Below, piece after piece: positions 47,671-56,322 of a stretch of DNA of 64,000 nucleotides. The number at the start of each line of letters is the position of its first letter. Within the stretch, counting starts at the first letter, position 1. The stretch lies in NCBI GenBank assembly GCA_046309815.1, contig JBKCOJ010000010.1, positions 6,997 to 70,996 on the forward strand, read 5' to 3'. This stretch comes from Pseudomonadota bacterium. Its GTDB lineage: Bacteria > Pseudomonadota > Alphaproteobacteria > Paracaedibacterales > CAITNM01. The notes below the pieces were generated by a model. It saw only the letters and a list, made by a program, of their open reading frames with translations, was not told the origin of the DNA and made no database searches. A program made the translations under genes and the position numbers.

Positions 47671-47886
47671 TCATTTTTTAGAAAAGAAATAACGTACTAA
47701 ATCAACAAGACCTGAGATCATTAATGACTTAGGAAAAAAATGGTAAATTAAACTAATGATCAAGGAGATAACAAAGACGACGGATAAAATCTTAGCAAGT
47801 AGAGAAAAAGCTCCTGCAAGACCACCAAATCCTAAAAATGCAGAAATTAGGGCTAAAATAAAGAACAATATGGCATAATGCAACAT
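47671..47886 (-). CDS. UPF0391 (DUF1328) small membrane protein
   Basis: MLHYAILFFILALISAFLGFGGLAG matches the family N-terminus. GGAGG upstream. Confidence 0.7.
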   Translation of the reverse strand: MLHYAILFFILALISAFLGFGGLAGAFSLLAKILSVVFVISLIISLIYHFFPKSLMISGLVDLVRYFFSKK

Positions 47887-48122
47887 AAGGATCCTCCTTT
47901 TCCTTTTGACCAGCTTAATTTAGTCCTCATTGTTTCTTGATTCAAGGCTTTTTACTTTTAATTTTTAGTATTTTTATCCATTCTAAATTCACTTGATGGA
48001 GGCACTCTACATAAACATAGGAGATCCAATAAATCTTAATATTGCGCTAAAATTGAGCGCCAATTAAAAAACGCAGAAGAAGGTTATGGAAGCCACCCAG
48101 AAGCAATTACGAGAGTACCTTC

Positions 48123-49094
48123 TTATCGCTGATCTAGCTTAAATTCAATGCGACGGTTACGATCAAGATTCGCTACATCCGTATTTAAAGGCTGAAATTC
48201 ACCAAAACCGGCAGCAACCAAATGTTTCCCATCAATGCCTTTTTTAATCATGTATTGCACAACAGCAATGGCACGAGCTGAAGATAGTTCCCAATTTGAA
48301 GGAAATTGCGTGCTTTTGATTGGGCGTTTATCGGTGTGTCCATCAACACGAAGAATCCAATTAATATCAGCAGGAATTTTGTTGCCGATTTCTTTAAGAG
48401 CCTTTATAAGTTCATCCAGCTGCTTTTTCCCTTCTTCGCCAAGTTCAGCTGAGGCCACATCAAAAAGTACTTCTGATTGAAACACAAATCGATCATCAAC
48501 AACGCGTACATCGCTTCTATCTCCCAGTATTTTCTTCAATTGCGCAAAAAATTCTGACCGGAATTGTCCAACTTTGATGGAGTTTTGATGTTTTGCTTGC
48601 TCTGTTTCTAAAGATTGTAAGGCTAGTTGAAGCTTTTTTAGTTCATCTTCTTTTTTTGACGAATCTACTTGTGCTTGATTTAGTAGATCTTGCAATTGCT
48701 TTAAGCGTTCTTCTAGTTTTTCCAGATCAGTTTTTATGCGTTCATTGGTGGTACGTTGTTCAGCATGTTGGCTTTTTTCAAGGCTTAGAGCTTGGGTAAG
48801 TGTTTCTAGTTGCGTGTTAAGATTCTTGATGAGCTCTTCCAGGCTTGTGATTTTTTCTAAGCTTATCAAATGCTCTTTTTTTGCGTCTTCTAAGTCTTTT
48901 TCTAAAGCACGTAGTTGGATATATAAGCTTGAAACTTCGGAATCTTTGGTATTAATTGTTTCAACTAAAAAAACTTGAGAGATGAAAAATGCCATCAATA
49001 CAAAAATAATGGCCATAAGAACGGTAGATAACGCATCTACAAATACAGGCCACACGTTTAGGCTGGCTGGTCTATGCGGCCTGATAAAAAACAT
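48123..49094 (-). CDS. MotB-like / OmpA-family peptidoglycan-binding protein with a long coiled coil
   Basis: N-terminal MotB-like TM (VWPVFVDALSTVLMAIIFVLM), a ~150-aa coiled coil, and a C-terminal OmpA_C motif (NWELSSARAIAVVQYM, NRRIEF). Confidence 0.7.
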   Translation of the reverse strand: MFFIRPHRPASLNVWPVFVDALSTVLMAIIFVLMAFFISQVFLVETINTKDSEVSSLYIQLRALEKDLEDAKKEHLISLEKITSLEELIKNLNTQLETLTQALSLEKSQHAEQRTTNERIKTDLEKLEERLKQLQDLLNQAQVDSSKKEDELKKLQLALQSLETEQAKHQNSIKVGQFRSEFFAQLKKILGDRSDVRVVDDRFVFQSEVLFDVASAELGEEGKKQLDELIKALKEIGNKIPADINWILRVDGHTDKRPIKSTQFPSNWELSSARAIAVVQYMIKKGIDGKHLVAAGFGEFQPLNTDVANLDRNRRIEFKLDQR

Positions 49095-49130
49095 CGATAA
49101 TCTCTTTAAATAAAGAAGAATATGTAATTT

Positions 49131-49721
49131 TTACGTATTTTTTAAAAAATGCCAAAAGGTTTTTCCATATTGTAGTCCAGAAGCGATTGTGAAGAGGCTT
49201 GTTAATATAATCAGTAAACTTTCGCTAAAGAGCAAATGCGAGCTAACAATTGGCACTTGTAAACGATAAGTTACAACAAGGATACAAAGTATTTGTAAAA
49301 ATGTATTGATTTTGCTGGCTTTGGTTGGGGATATGTCTGGCTTACGTACGGAACGTATCATTGCAACTCCCCCTAAAATAATTAATACATCCCTTGCTAG
49401 GCACAGAATGATAAAGGCGAGAGGCATGGCCTTTAAATAACCAAGGGTTGCAAAAAGTGCAATCATGAATGTTTTATCAGCTATTGGATCGAATACTTTA
49501 CCAAATAGTGATTCTTGATGAAATTTACGAGCAAAAAATCCATCTAACCAATCAGTAGCTCCTAAAAATAGAGTACTCCAAAAAGCTAATGAGTATTGAT
49601 GAGAGGTGAGTAAATAAACAAGAGCCGGCACGCCAAAGAAGCGAATGCCGGTTAACGCGTTGGGAATGTTAACCAACAATTTCCATTTCACTGAAGAAGT
49701 AAGCAATTTCGATTGCTGCAT
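49131..49721 (-). CDS. pgsA: CDP-diacylglycerol--glycerol-3-phosphate 3-phosphatidyltransferase
   Basis: CDP-alcohol phosphatidyltransferase motif [11 protein letters not shown]...[10 protein letters not shown]. The true start is probably a TTG near 49676, at the ndk stop, rather than 49721. Confidence 0.85.
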   Translation of the reverse strand: MQQSKLLTSSVKWKLLVNIPNALTGIRFFGVPALVYLLTSHQYSLAFWSTLFLGATDWLDGFFARKFHQESLFGKVFDPIADKTFMIALFATLGYLKAMPLAFIILCLARDVLIILGGVAMIRSVRKPDISPTKASKINTFLQILCILVVTYRLQVPIVSSHLLFSESLLIILTSLFTIASGLQYGKTFWHFLKNT

Positions 49722-50091
49722 TTTCTAAAGAGTCTGAACCATGCACGGAATTTGCTTCAATAGATTCTGCAAATTCTTGGCGAATCGTTCCTTCGCGTGC
49801 ATTAGCTGGATTTGTTGCTCCCATAATATCACGGTATTTTGCAACAGCATCGCTGCCTTCTAAGACCTGCACAACAACGGGACCGCTAATCATAAACTGG
49901 CAAAGTTCGCCAAAGAAAGAACGTTCAGCGTGCACTGCATAAAATGCTTCCGCTTGAGATAGGCTTAAATGTAGGCGTTTTTGCGCAATAATGCGAAGAC
50001 CTGCATCTTCAATTTTTGCATTAATTTTACCGGTGATATTTCGGCGTGTTGCATCAGGTTTCAAAATAGAAAGGGTTCTTTGAGTGCTCAT
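49669..50091 (-). CDS. ndk: nucleoside-diphosphate kinase
   Basis: [11 protein letters not shown], the NSVHGSDS active site, 140 aa. Confidence 0.97.
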   Translation of the reverse strand: MSTQRTLSILKPDATRRNITGKINAKIEDAGLRIIAQKRLHLSLSQAEAFYAVHAERSFFGELCQFMISGPVVVQVLEGSDAVAKYRDIMGATNPANAREGTIRQEFAESIEANSVHGSDSLENAAIEIAYFFSEMEIVG

Positions 50092-50184
50092 AACTTTAAT
50101 ACTACTATATTTAGATTCTTTAAGGTGACTATTCTATGGCATCCCGCTATGATTTTCAAGGCTGAATGAATTTTGATATGAATA

Positions 50185-50682
50185 ATGAGAATTTTGGGTC
50201 TTGATCCAGGCTTGCAAAACACGGGTTGGGGAATTGTGCAAAAAAAAGGCAACTCTCTTAGTTATGTGGCTCATGGCGTTGTAAAAACTAACGCCAAGCA
50301 ATCACTGGCAGAAAGATTAAATTTTTTATACCAAGGATTAATAGCTGTGCTAGAACAATTTCAGCCACAAGAAGCAGCGGTTGAAGAAACATTTGTTAAT
50401 CAAAACCCTGCGTCGGCTCTGAAATTAGGAATGGCAAGGGGAGTTGTCTTGTTTTCCCCTGCTTCCTTTGGCCTACAAGTTTTTGAATATTCGGCCAATA
50501 AAGTAAAAAAATCCGTTGTTGGAGCAGGTCACGCGCAAAAGCATCAAGTAGCACAAATGGTTTCATGGCTATTACCAATGATGCCAAAAGACGTTACGGA
50601 TGACGCAGCGGATGCGTTGGCTGTGGCTATTTGCCATGCTCACCACCGGGAATTAAATCAAAAACTTGCTACTCTAAAATGA
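50185..50682 (+). CDS. ruvC: crossover junction endodeoxyribonuclease RuvC
   Basis: MRILGLDPGLQNTGWG, AVEETFVN, and the DAADALAVAICHA motif. Confidence 0.95.
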   Translation: MRILGLDPGLQNTGWGIVQKKGNSLSYVAHGVVKTNAKQSLAERLNFLYQGLIAVLEQFQPQEAAVEETFVNQNPASALKLGMARGVVLFSPASFGLQVFEYSANKVKKSVVGAGHAQKHQVAQMVSWLLPMMPKDVTDDAADALAVAICHAHHRELNQKLATLK

Positions 50683-50759
50683 AAATGTTTCAGGCTTGGC
50701 AGCAGGGCGATTCTCGCCTACTGTAAATGATCTTGAAAAAATTATACCAAGGAGTGTGT

Positions 50760-51854
50760 ATGCCTGTGGCGGTAAAAGAAACGAATCATAGTGAAGATGC
50801 TTTTTATAATCCAATGCAAACAGATGGTTTTGAGTTTGTTGAATTTGCAAGCCCTAGAGATGATAATAGTTTAGAAAAAACCTTTGAGTCTCTTGGATTT
50901 TCTTGCGTTGCAAAGCATCGTTCTAAAGAAGTATTTTTATATCGTCAAGGAAATATCAATTTTATTCTGAACAAACAGCCAGATTCTTTTTCAGAGAATT
51001 TTGCAAAAGCGCATGGCCCATCTGCTTGTGCAATGGCTATTCGCGTGAAAGATTCAGAACTTGCTTTTAATAGGGCAATTTCCTTAGGTGCACATCCATA
51101 CAAATCAGTAGTGGCTAAAGAAGAATTAGCTATTCCTGCTATTTATGGAGTAGGTGATAGTTTAATTTTCTTCGTGGATAGATATGATTCCAAAACAATT
51201 TATGATTATGATTTTGAATTTTTCCCTGGCGTGGATAAAAATCCAAAAGGATTTGGTTTAGAAATCATTGATCATTTAACAAATAATGTACATCAAGGTC
51301 AGATGGATAAATGGGCGAAATTCTATGAGAAAATTTTTAATTTTCGTGAGATACGCTATTTTCACATTACAGGTCAAAAGACAGGATTATTAAGCCGTGC
51401 CATGACAAGCCCATGTGGCAAAATTCGTATTCCCATTAATGAGCCCACCGAAGATTCCTCACAAATTGCTGAGTATTTGCGCGAATACAAAGGTGAGGGC
51501 ATTCAGCACATTGCTTTAACCACAAAGGATATCACGAAAAGCGTTGATTCAATTCAAGCAGCTGGCATTAATTTCCTAGATATTAGTAATACGTATTACG
51601 AAGTTGTACGTGAGCGCTTTCCAACGTTAGAGCTCGATTATGAAGCATTATCGAAATACAAAATTTTGATTGATGGTGAAGTTGATGGTAATCGCAGGGA
51701 AATACTTTTCCAAATTTTCACTGAAACAGTAATTGGACCAATCTTTTTTGAAATCATTCAACGAGAAGGTCACGAAGGGTTTGGGGAAGGAAACTTTTCT
51801 GCTTTGTTTGAGACAATGGAACGCGATCAAGAAAAACGCGGCGTGCTTAAATAA
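50760..51854 (+). CDS. hppD: 4-hydroxyphenylpyruvate dioxygenase
   Basis: FEFVEFASP, IDHLTNNV, GIQHIAL and FFEIIQR motifs. AAGGAG lies 5 nt before ATG 50760. Confidence 0.9.
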   Translation: MPVAVKETNHSEDAFYNPMQTDGFEFVEFASPRDDNSLEKTFESLGFSCVAKHRSKEVFLYRQGNINFILNKQPDSFSENFAKAHGPSACAMAIRVKDSELAFNRAISLGAHPYKSVVAKEELAIPAIYGVGDSLIFFVDRYDSKTIYDYDFEFFPGVDKNPKGFGLEIIDHLTNNVHQGQMDKWAKFYEKIFNFREIRYFHITGQKTGLLSRAMTSPCGKIRIPINEPTEDSSQIAEYLREYKGEGIQHIALTTKDITKSVDSIQAAGINFLDISNTYYEVVRERFPTLELDYEALSKYKILIDGEVDGNRREILFQIFTETVIGPIFFEIIQREGHEGFGEGNFSALFETMERDQEKRGVLK

Positions 51855-51892
51855 GGTAATGTAAAGCTGCCTGGCAAAAGCCAGGTAGCATA

Positions 51893-52138
51893 CTAATCTT
51901 TTACTGGCTGTGATTTTGACTTTGGTGGCGACACGTGAAAGGGATGCTTTTTTGGAGATGATTCATGAGATGAATCTTCCAGATGCTTCTCAATTTCAAG
52001 CAAATCAATATTTTTTAGAAATTGCTGAACTTGGCGAATAGCTTTTGCAAGAAATCTAGCAACCACTGGAATGTCTTCCGGCTTTAACAGAATCACTGCA
52101 AGCACTGCTAAAAGAATCCACTCAGAATTAGGCAGCAT
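51893..52138 (-). CDS. TatA/TatB-family Sec-independent translocase-like small protein
   Basis: The N-terminal TM plus amphipathic helix (EWILLAVLAVILLKPEDIPVVARFLAKAIRQV) parallels TatB. No tatC is adjacent. Confidence 0.45.
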   Translation of the reverse strand: MLPNSEWILLAVLAVILLKPEDIPVVARFLAKAIRQVQQFLKNIDLLEIEKHLEDSSHESSPKKHPFHVSPPKSKSQPVKD

Positions 52139-52688
52139 TACTCAATCCCATGATTCCATAATCTTCTTCAATGAGTGGATAATCGCGTGGCGAAAATAAC
52201 TGATAATGCCACCATTCGTTATTATACAAATCCCACCCTGCACTCATCATGATGCCGAGTAACATATAGCGATTGTGTGCGATTTCTTTGGGTAAAATAG
52301 CGCTGTGGTGTGATTGATCAGTAAAATCATCAAAAGGTGTGCCCATATCAAGTTCTTTGCCTGTTGTCTTATCAACCAAGTTCAAATCAATGGCTACACC
52401 ACGAGTATGATTTGATCCTTTTTGTGGATCAGCTACATACATGGAGTTAGGGAAAAAATCCCATAACGCTTGGGCTGCTTGTTTGGGCCTAAAGGTATCA
52501 AAAATTTTAATCGTATATCCTTGACGATCGGCTAAAAGGACCGCTTTTTCAAACAAAGGCATGGCTTTTTCATGCAAAAAACAGCGAGCGTTTTTATAAA
52601 TTATTTTGCCCGTAAAATTTTTATCCGTTGCATAAAGAAGCTCTAGAAGGACAGGGTGTGTAGCTTGGGTGATTTCTACTAAGGACAT
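52128..52688 (-). CDS. ddpX: D-alanyl-D-alanine dipeptidase (VanX/DdpX, peptidase M15D)
   Basis: FDTFRP, SNHTRGVAIDL and EWWHY motifs. Confidence 0.85.
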   Translation of the reverse strand: MSLVEITQATHPVLLELLYATDKNFTGKIIYKNARCFLHEKAMPLFEKAVLLADRQGYTIKIFDTFRPKQAAQALWDFFPNSMYVADPQKGSNHTRGVAIDLNLVDKTTGKELDMGTPFDDFTDQSHHSAILPKEIAHNRYMLLGIMMSAGWDLYNNEWWHYQLFSPRDYPLIEEDYGIMGLSNAA

Positions 52689-52754
52689 TGTTCATTGTTT
52701 CTTAATAAACGCTAATTTAAAATAACAGAAAATGTGAGGGGAGTTTAGCGAAAA

Positions 52755-53390
52755 ATGTCTGATTTTTTATGGCAATCATTTATCACGTTACTCGTTATTA
52801 TTGATCCTTTTATGGTCGTGCCTGTTTTCATTGGTTTAACGCACAAAGACTCTCACGAACAGCGCGAAAAAACAGCAAAAAAGACGTGCATTATAGCGAT
52901 CATTCTTCTGGTTTTTTTCGCCGTAGCAGGTGACTATTTACTAGACATGATGGGTATTTCTCAGCCAGCCTTTCGTATTGCTGGTGGATTTTTATTGTTA
53001 CTTGCCGGTATTGAAATGGTGATGGCGAAATCAACCGGATCACGTACTCCTACCGATGATGAAGAAAAGGAAGCAACCGATCGTGATGATATTTCTGTTT
53101 TTCCGTTAGCTATTCCTCTTATTGCTGGGCCGGGTGCGATGACTTCCATTGTGGTGCTTATGCGTGAAGCTGAGCCACATGGGTTTACAGCAGAATTAGG
53201 CGTAATGTTGATTGCCATTTTTGTGCTTCTTCTGACTTACATAGCTATGCGTATGGGTGAGCGATTGATGCGTTTATTGGGTGTCACAGGAATGAATGTT
53301 CTAACGCGTGTTTTTGGAGTGATTGTGGCAGCCCTTGCAACACAGCATATTGTGCATGGTGTCACAGCGGTGGTTAAGGGAATGCGTTAG
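52755..53390 (+). CDS. MarC/UPF0056 family integral membrane protein
   Basis: N-terminal FITLLVIIDPFMVVPVFIGLT and the FPLAIPLIAGPGAMT motif. Confidence 0.85.
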   Translation: MSDFLWQSFITLLVIIDPFMVVPVFIGLTHKDSHEQREKTAKKTCIIAIILLVFFAVAGDYLLDMMGISQPAFRIAGGFLLLLAGIEMVMAKSTGSRTPTDDEEKEATDRDDISVFPLAIPLIAGPGAMTSIVVLMREAEPHGFTAELGVMLIAIFVLLLTYIAMRMGERLMRLLGVTGMNVLTRVFGVIVAALATQHIVHGVTAVVKGMR

Positions 53391-54223
53391 TTTTTCCTCA
53401 TTGTAAAAACGTACACGCCCAAACATTGAACACCAAGGCACAAAATAATCGAAGGGCCAGAGGGAAGGTCGGCGTGATAGGACACTAACAGTCCTATGTA
53501 ACATCCCAAAAAACCTAATAGTGTACTTATTCTAAACACTTGGCGATAATGTCGCCCTAGCATTCTGCCGGTAATCGCTGGAAGCATCATCAGCCCAAGC
53601 GCTAGAAGTGTGCCGATTGCTTGGTAGCTTGCCACAAGATTTGCCACAACAAGCGCTAGAAAACTTGCCATCAAAAAGTGATGATTATAGCCTGCAACTT
53701 GGAAGAGAAGTGGGTCAAAACAATACATCAACAGCAATTTACGAAAGCGTGCTAAAAATAAAATAGTGAGAAAGCAGACAAGTGCTATTAAAAAAAGCAT
53801 GGTGGAATTAACGCCCAACACACTACCAAACAGCAAATGTAAAACATTTGTGTTAGTACCGTGATGGAATAAAATTAACACACCAAGTGCCAGAGACAAG
53901 CTGTAGATAACAGTAAAGCTGGCATCCTCAGGGATAACGGAACGATTACTTAATCTGTTGGAAATAAAAGCAACAACTAATCCTGCGGCAATTCCTCCTA
54001 TAAATAGGGGAATAGGGCTTATGCCGAAAAAGATAGCAGCGATGGCAATGCCTGGTAAAATGCCATGAGCAAGGCTATCACCAACGAGGCTTAACCCTCG
54101 CAGTAATAAAAATACGCCTAATGGAACGGCAGATAAAGACAGCAAAAAACAGCTTAATAGGGCTTTTTGCATAAAGGCATACTCGGTAAAAGGAGAGACG
54201 AAAAAATTCCATAAAGTATGCAT
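53387..54223 (-). CDS. ABC-3 family metal (Zn/Mn-type) ABC transporter permease
   Basis: 278 aa, polytopic, with a ZnuB/MntB-like profile (GDSLAHGILPGIA). Follows the ATPase gene. Confidence 0.8.
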   Translation of the reverse strand: MHTLWNFFVSPFTEYAFMQKALLSCFLLSLSAVPLGVFLLLRGLSLVGDSLAHGILPGIAIAAIFFGISPIPLFIGGIAAGLVVAFISNRLSNRSVIPEDASFTVIYSLSLALGVLILFHHGTNTNVLHLLFGSVLGVNSTMLFLIALVCFLTILFLARFRKLLLMYCFDPLLFQVAGYNHHFLMASFLALVVANLVASYQAIGTLLALGLMMLPAITGRMLGRHYRQVFRISTLLGFLGCYIGLLVSYHADLPSGPSIILCLGVQCLGVYVFTMRKN

Positions 54224-54227
54224 GAAT

Positions 54228-54920
54228 TTATGACCCTTTATTAACTAAGTTTGGGTTGTCGTAAAGTGTAAGGGCACCGTTTTTAGCTTCGATAATGGTC
54301 GGAATAAAAGTGTTTACAAAATGCCAATCATGAATAGCTATTAAAATAGTTTTTCCTTTTTGATGTAAATCTTTCAGTACATTGGCAAGATCATAAATCG
54401 TTTCTTCATCAATGCCGTTAAAGGGCTCATCCAAAAGTAATAAATCAGGGTTTTGCAAAAGTAATCTTGCAAACAATAAGCGCTGAAATTGCCCACCACT
54501 GAGATCTTGAATAGGACGCTCTAAGTCTTGTGAAATTTTAACCGATAGAAGAGCTTTTTTTAAATCCTCAATGCCATATGTATCGTTTGCGTTTACATAT
54601 CTCGCCATTTTTAAGACATCGCCTACGGATATAGGAAAAGATTTATTAAACATGGCGTTCTGAGGAAGATAGGCAAGAGTTTTGAAGGGGTGGAAAAAGC
54701 ATCCTTTAGAGGGTATTAAAAGCCCAGCTATTATCTTTAAGAACGTTGATTTGCCAGAGCCATTAGAGCCAATGATGCCGCAATAAGAACCACTCGGAAT
54801 ACAAAAATGCACATCTTTTAGGACGGATTGCCCTTTGTGGTATTCAGCTTCGAGATGTTCAAATTTTAGATGATTATCTTTCATAAGGTCCACCATAGCA
54901 TGAGTGAGAGAAACAAACAC
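54228..54920 (-). CDS. metal ABC transporter ATP-binding protein (ZnuC-like)
   Basis: Walker A GSNGSGKST, signature LSGGQFQRLLFARLL, Walker B LLLDEPFNGID. The start is uncertain (GTG 54920 or ATG 54884). No binding-protein gene is adjacent. Confidence 0.8.
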   Translation of the reverse strand: MFVSLTHAMVDLMKDNHLKFEHLEAEYHKGQSVLKDVHFCIPSGSYCGIIGSNGSGKSTFLKIIAGLLIPSKGCFFHPFKTLAYLPQNAMFNKSFPISVGDVLKMARYVNANDTYGIEDLKKALLSVKISQDLERPIQDLSGGQFQRLLFARLLLQNPDLLLLDEPFNGIDEETIYDLANVLKDLHQKGKTILIAIHDWHFVNTFIPTIIEAKNGALTLYDNPNLVNKGS

Positions 54921-55022
54921 GGATAAAATTTTATTCCTAGTTATTAAAATATAATTTTAATTTCATAAAGTATTAATATTTTTGAGAGATCATAAATACA
55001 TAGTGATAAGAGGATTTGATGG

Positions 55023-56081
55023 GTGAGATTTTTACCTGCCTTTTTATGCACTGTTCTATGTTTACTGCACTTTAAGTTAGTTGCGTTAGAAACTTTAGAT
55101 TTGGAAGCAGCATCCAGCAGAGCTACCGCTTCGGCTAGCTCGGTAATTTCACGGGCTTTATGGAATAAATTTGAAAATTTTTTAGATGATCCTGATTTTT
55201 CTGACAGATTTGTGGATGCGAGTTTAAATGATAAGTTTCCAGAACTTCCACTGGTTGTTCTAAGACTTGATACTCAGGAGTTACTAAAAGTTTCTTGCCA
55301 TTTAAAGAAATTGCATTTGCTAACGCCATTGCTAAAAGAAGCATATGAAAATCTCTTTTTTATGCTTGAATTTTCGATTGATGGGCTAAATGCTAGAGAT
55401 ACAAGCTGTCTTTGGAGCTGTATTGCTAATTGTTGCTACAAAATACCGGATACCTTCTTTGAAAAGTTAGATTATTACACGGCAAAAGAAACTCTTTTTT
55501 TTGAAAGTTCATTGATTTTATCAACTTTGCAAAACCTTTGTACTTTAAAGGAGGGAAGGGCTTTTCATCGTTTTGCACAGCTTTTTTCAGAGATAGAGGA
55601 ATTGGTAAATCCTAATGATCTTCACAATTACGTCTTTCTTAGTACCTATTTAAGTCATGTTAAAGATAGATCAATTACTTTTTCGCGAGAAATGCGTCGT
55701 ACCTTGAAAAGTTATAAAAGCAATTTAAACGTAAAAGAAAGTTCTACACAGCGACAAGTTTTAAAATTCTTGCAGCGCTTTGATAGTGAATTCCAGAGGG
55801 AAATCTTTAATAAGGATTTAGATACGTATTTGGATATTGTTCACGAAGAATCCAAAATAGCAGTTGAAGTTGATGGCAAGCATCATTATAAGGAAAACGC
55901 TTCGGAGACAACATATTTTAAAAGGCCGTTGGATTTAATGCGAGATGATGCATTGAAGAAACTTGGGTGGAAAGTTTATCGAATACGTATTGATGAGTGG
56001 GATCATTTTAAAAGAGGTTTTTCTTCAAAAATGCATGAACGAAGCACTTTTGATACGTTCCTCGCATTGTATCTCGTTTAA
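55023..56081 (+). CDS. signal-peptide protein with a helical N-terminal region and a C-terminal RAP/DUF559 (Vsr-like PD-(D/E)XK) domain
   Basis: GTG start with a hydrophobic N-terminus. The C-terminus STQRQVLKFLQRF...YLDIVHEESKIAVEVDGKHHY...DLMRDDALKKLGWKVYRIRIDEW follows the RAP / DUF559 pattern. Confidence 0.5.
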   Translation: MRFLPAFLCTVLCLLHFKLVALETLDLEAASSRATASASSVISRALWNKFENFLDDPDFSDRFVDASLNDKFPELPLVVLRLDTQELLKVSCHLKKLHLLTPLLKEAYENLFFMLEFSIDGLNARDTSCLWSCIANCCYKIPDTFFEKLDYYTAKETLFFESSLILSTLQNLCTLKEGRAFHRFAQLFSEIEELVNPNDLHNYVFLSTYLSHVKDRSITFSREMRRTLKSYKSNLNVKESSTQRQVLKFLQRFDSEFQREIFNKDLDTYLDIVHEESKIAVEVDGKHHYKENASETTYFKRPLDLMRDDALKKLGWKVYRIRIDEWDHFKRGFSSKMHERSTFDTFLALYLV

Positions 56082-56322
56082 TTTTGACAATCTCTTAACC
56101 CAGAGTGTACTATGTAGTTATGATTATTATTACCAAAAAGAAAATGGTGAACAATTTGAAAAGCTTACAAGAAAGTAAGCTTCGCAGTGATATTCGTTCA
56201 TTCTTTTTTCGATTTTGCCCTGCAGGGCAAGCAATACATTTTTCTTAAACATTAGTATTTATTTGGGTAAAGCGTGCGAAGTGTCTTTATCTTCTAATCA
56301 TTTTTAATATATGGAGAAACCT

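Noticed and set aside
49669-49721. 53-nt overlap of the pgsA ORF with ndk
   Set aside because: It is probably an artefact of taking the longest ORF. In-frame TTG codons at the ndk stop give a PgsA N-terminus ([12 protein letters not shown]) typical of the family.
51867-51888. Hairpin CTGCCTGGC-AAAA-GCCAGGTAG between convergent hppD and the TatB-like gene, considered as a terminator
   Set aside because: The stem is good, but there is no T-run on either strand. It is not called as a terminator, though it may still pause or stabilise transcripts.
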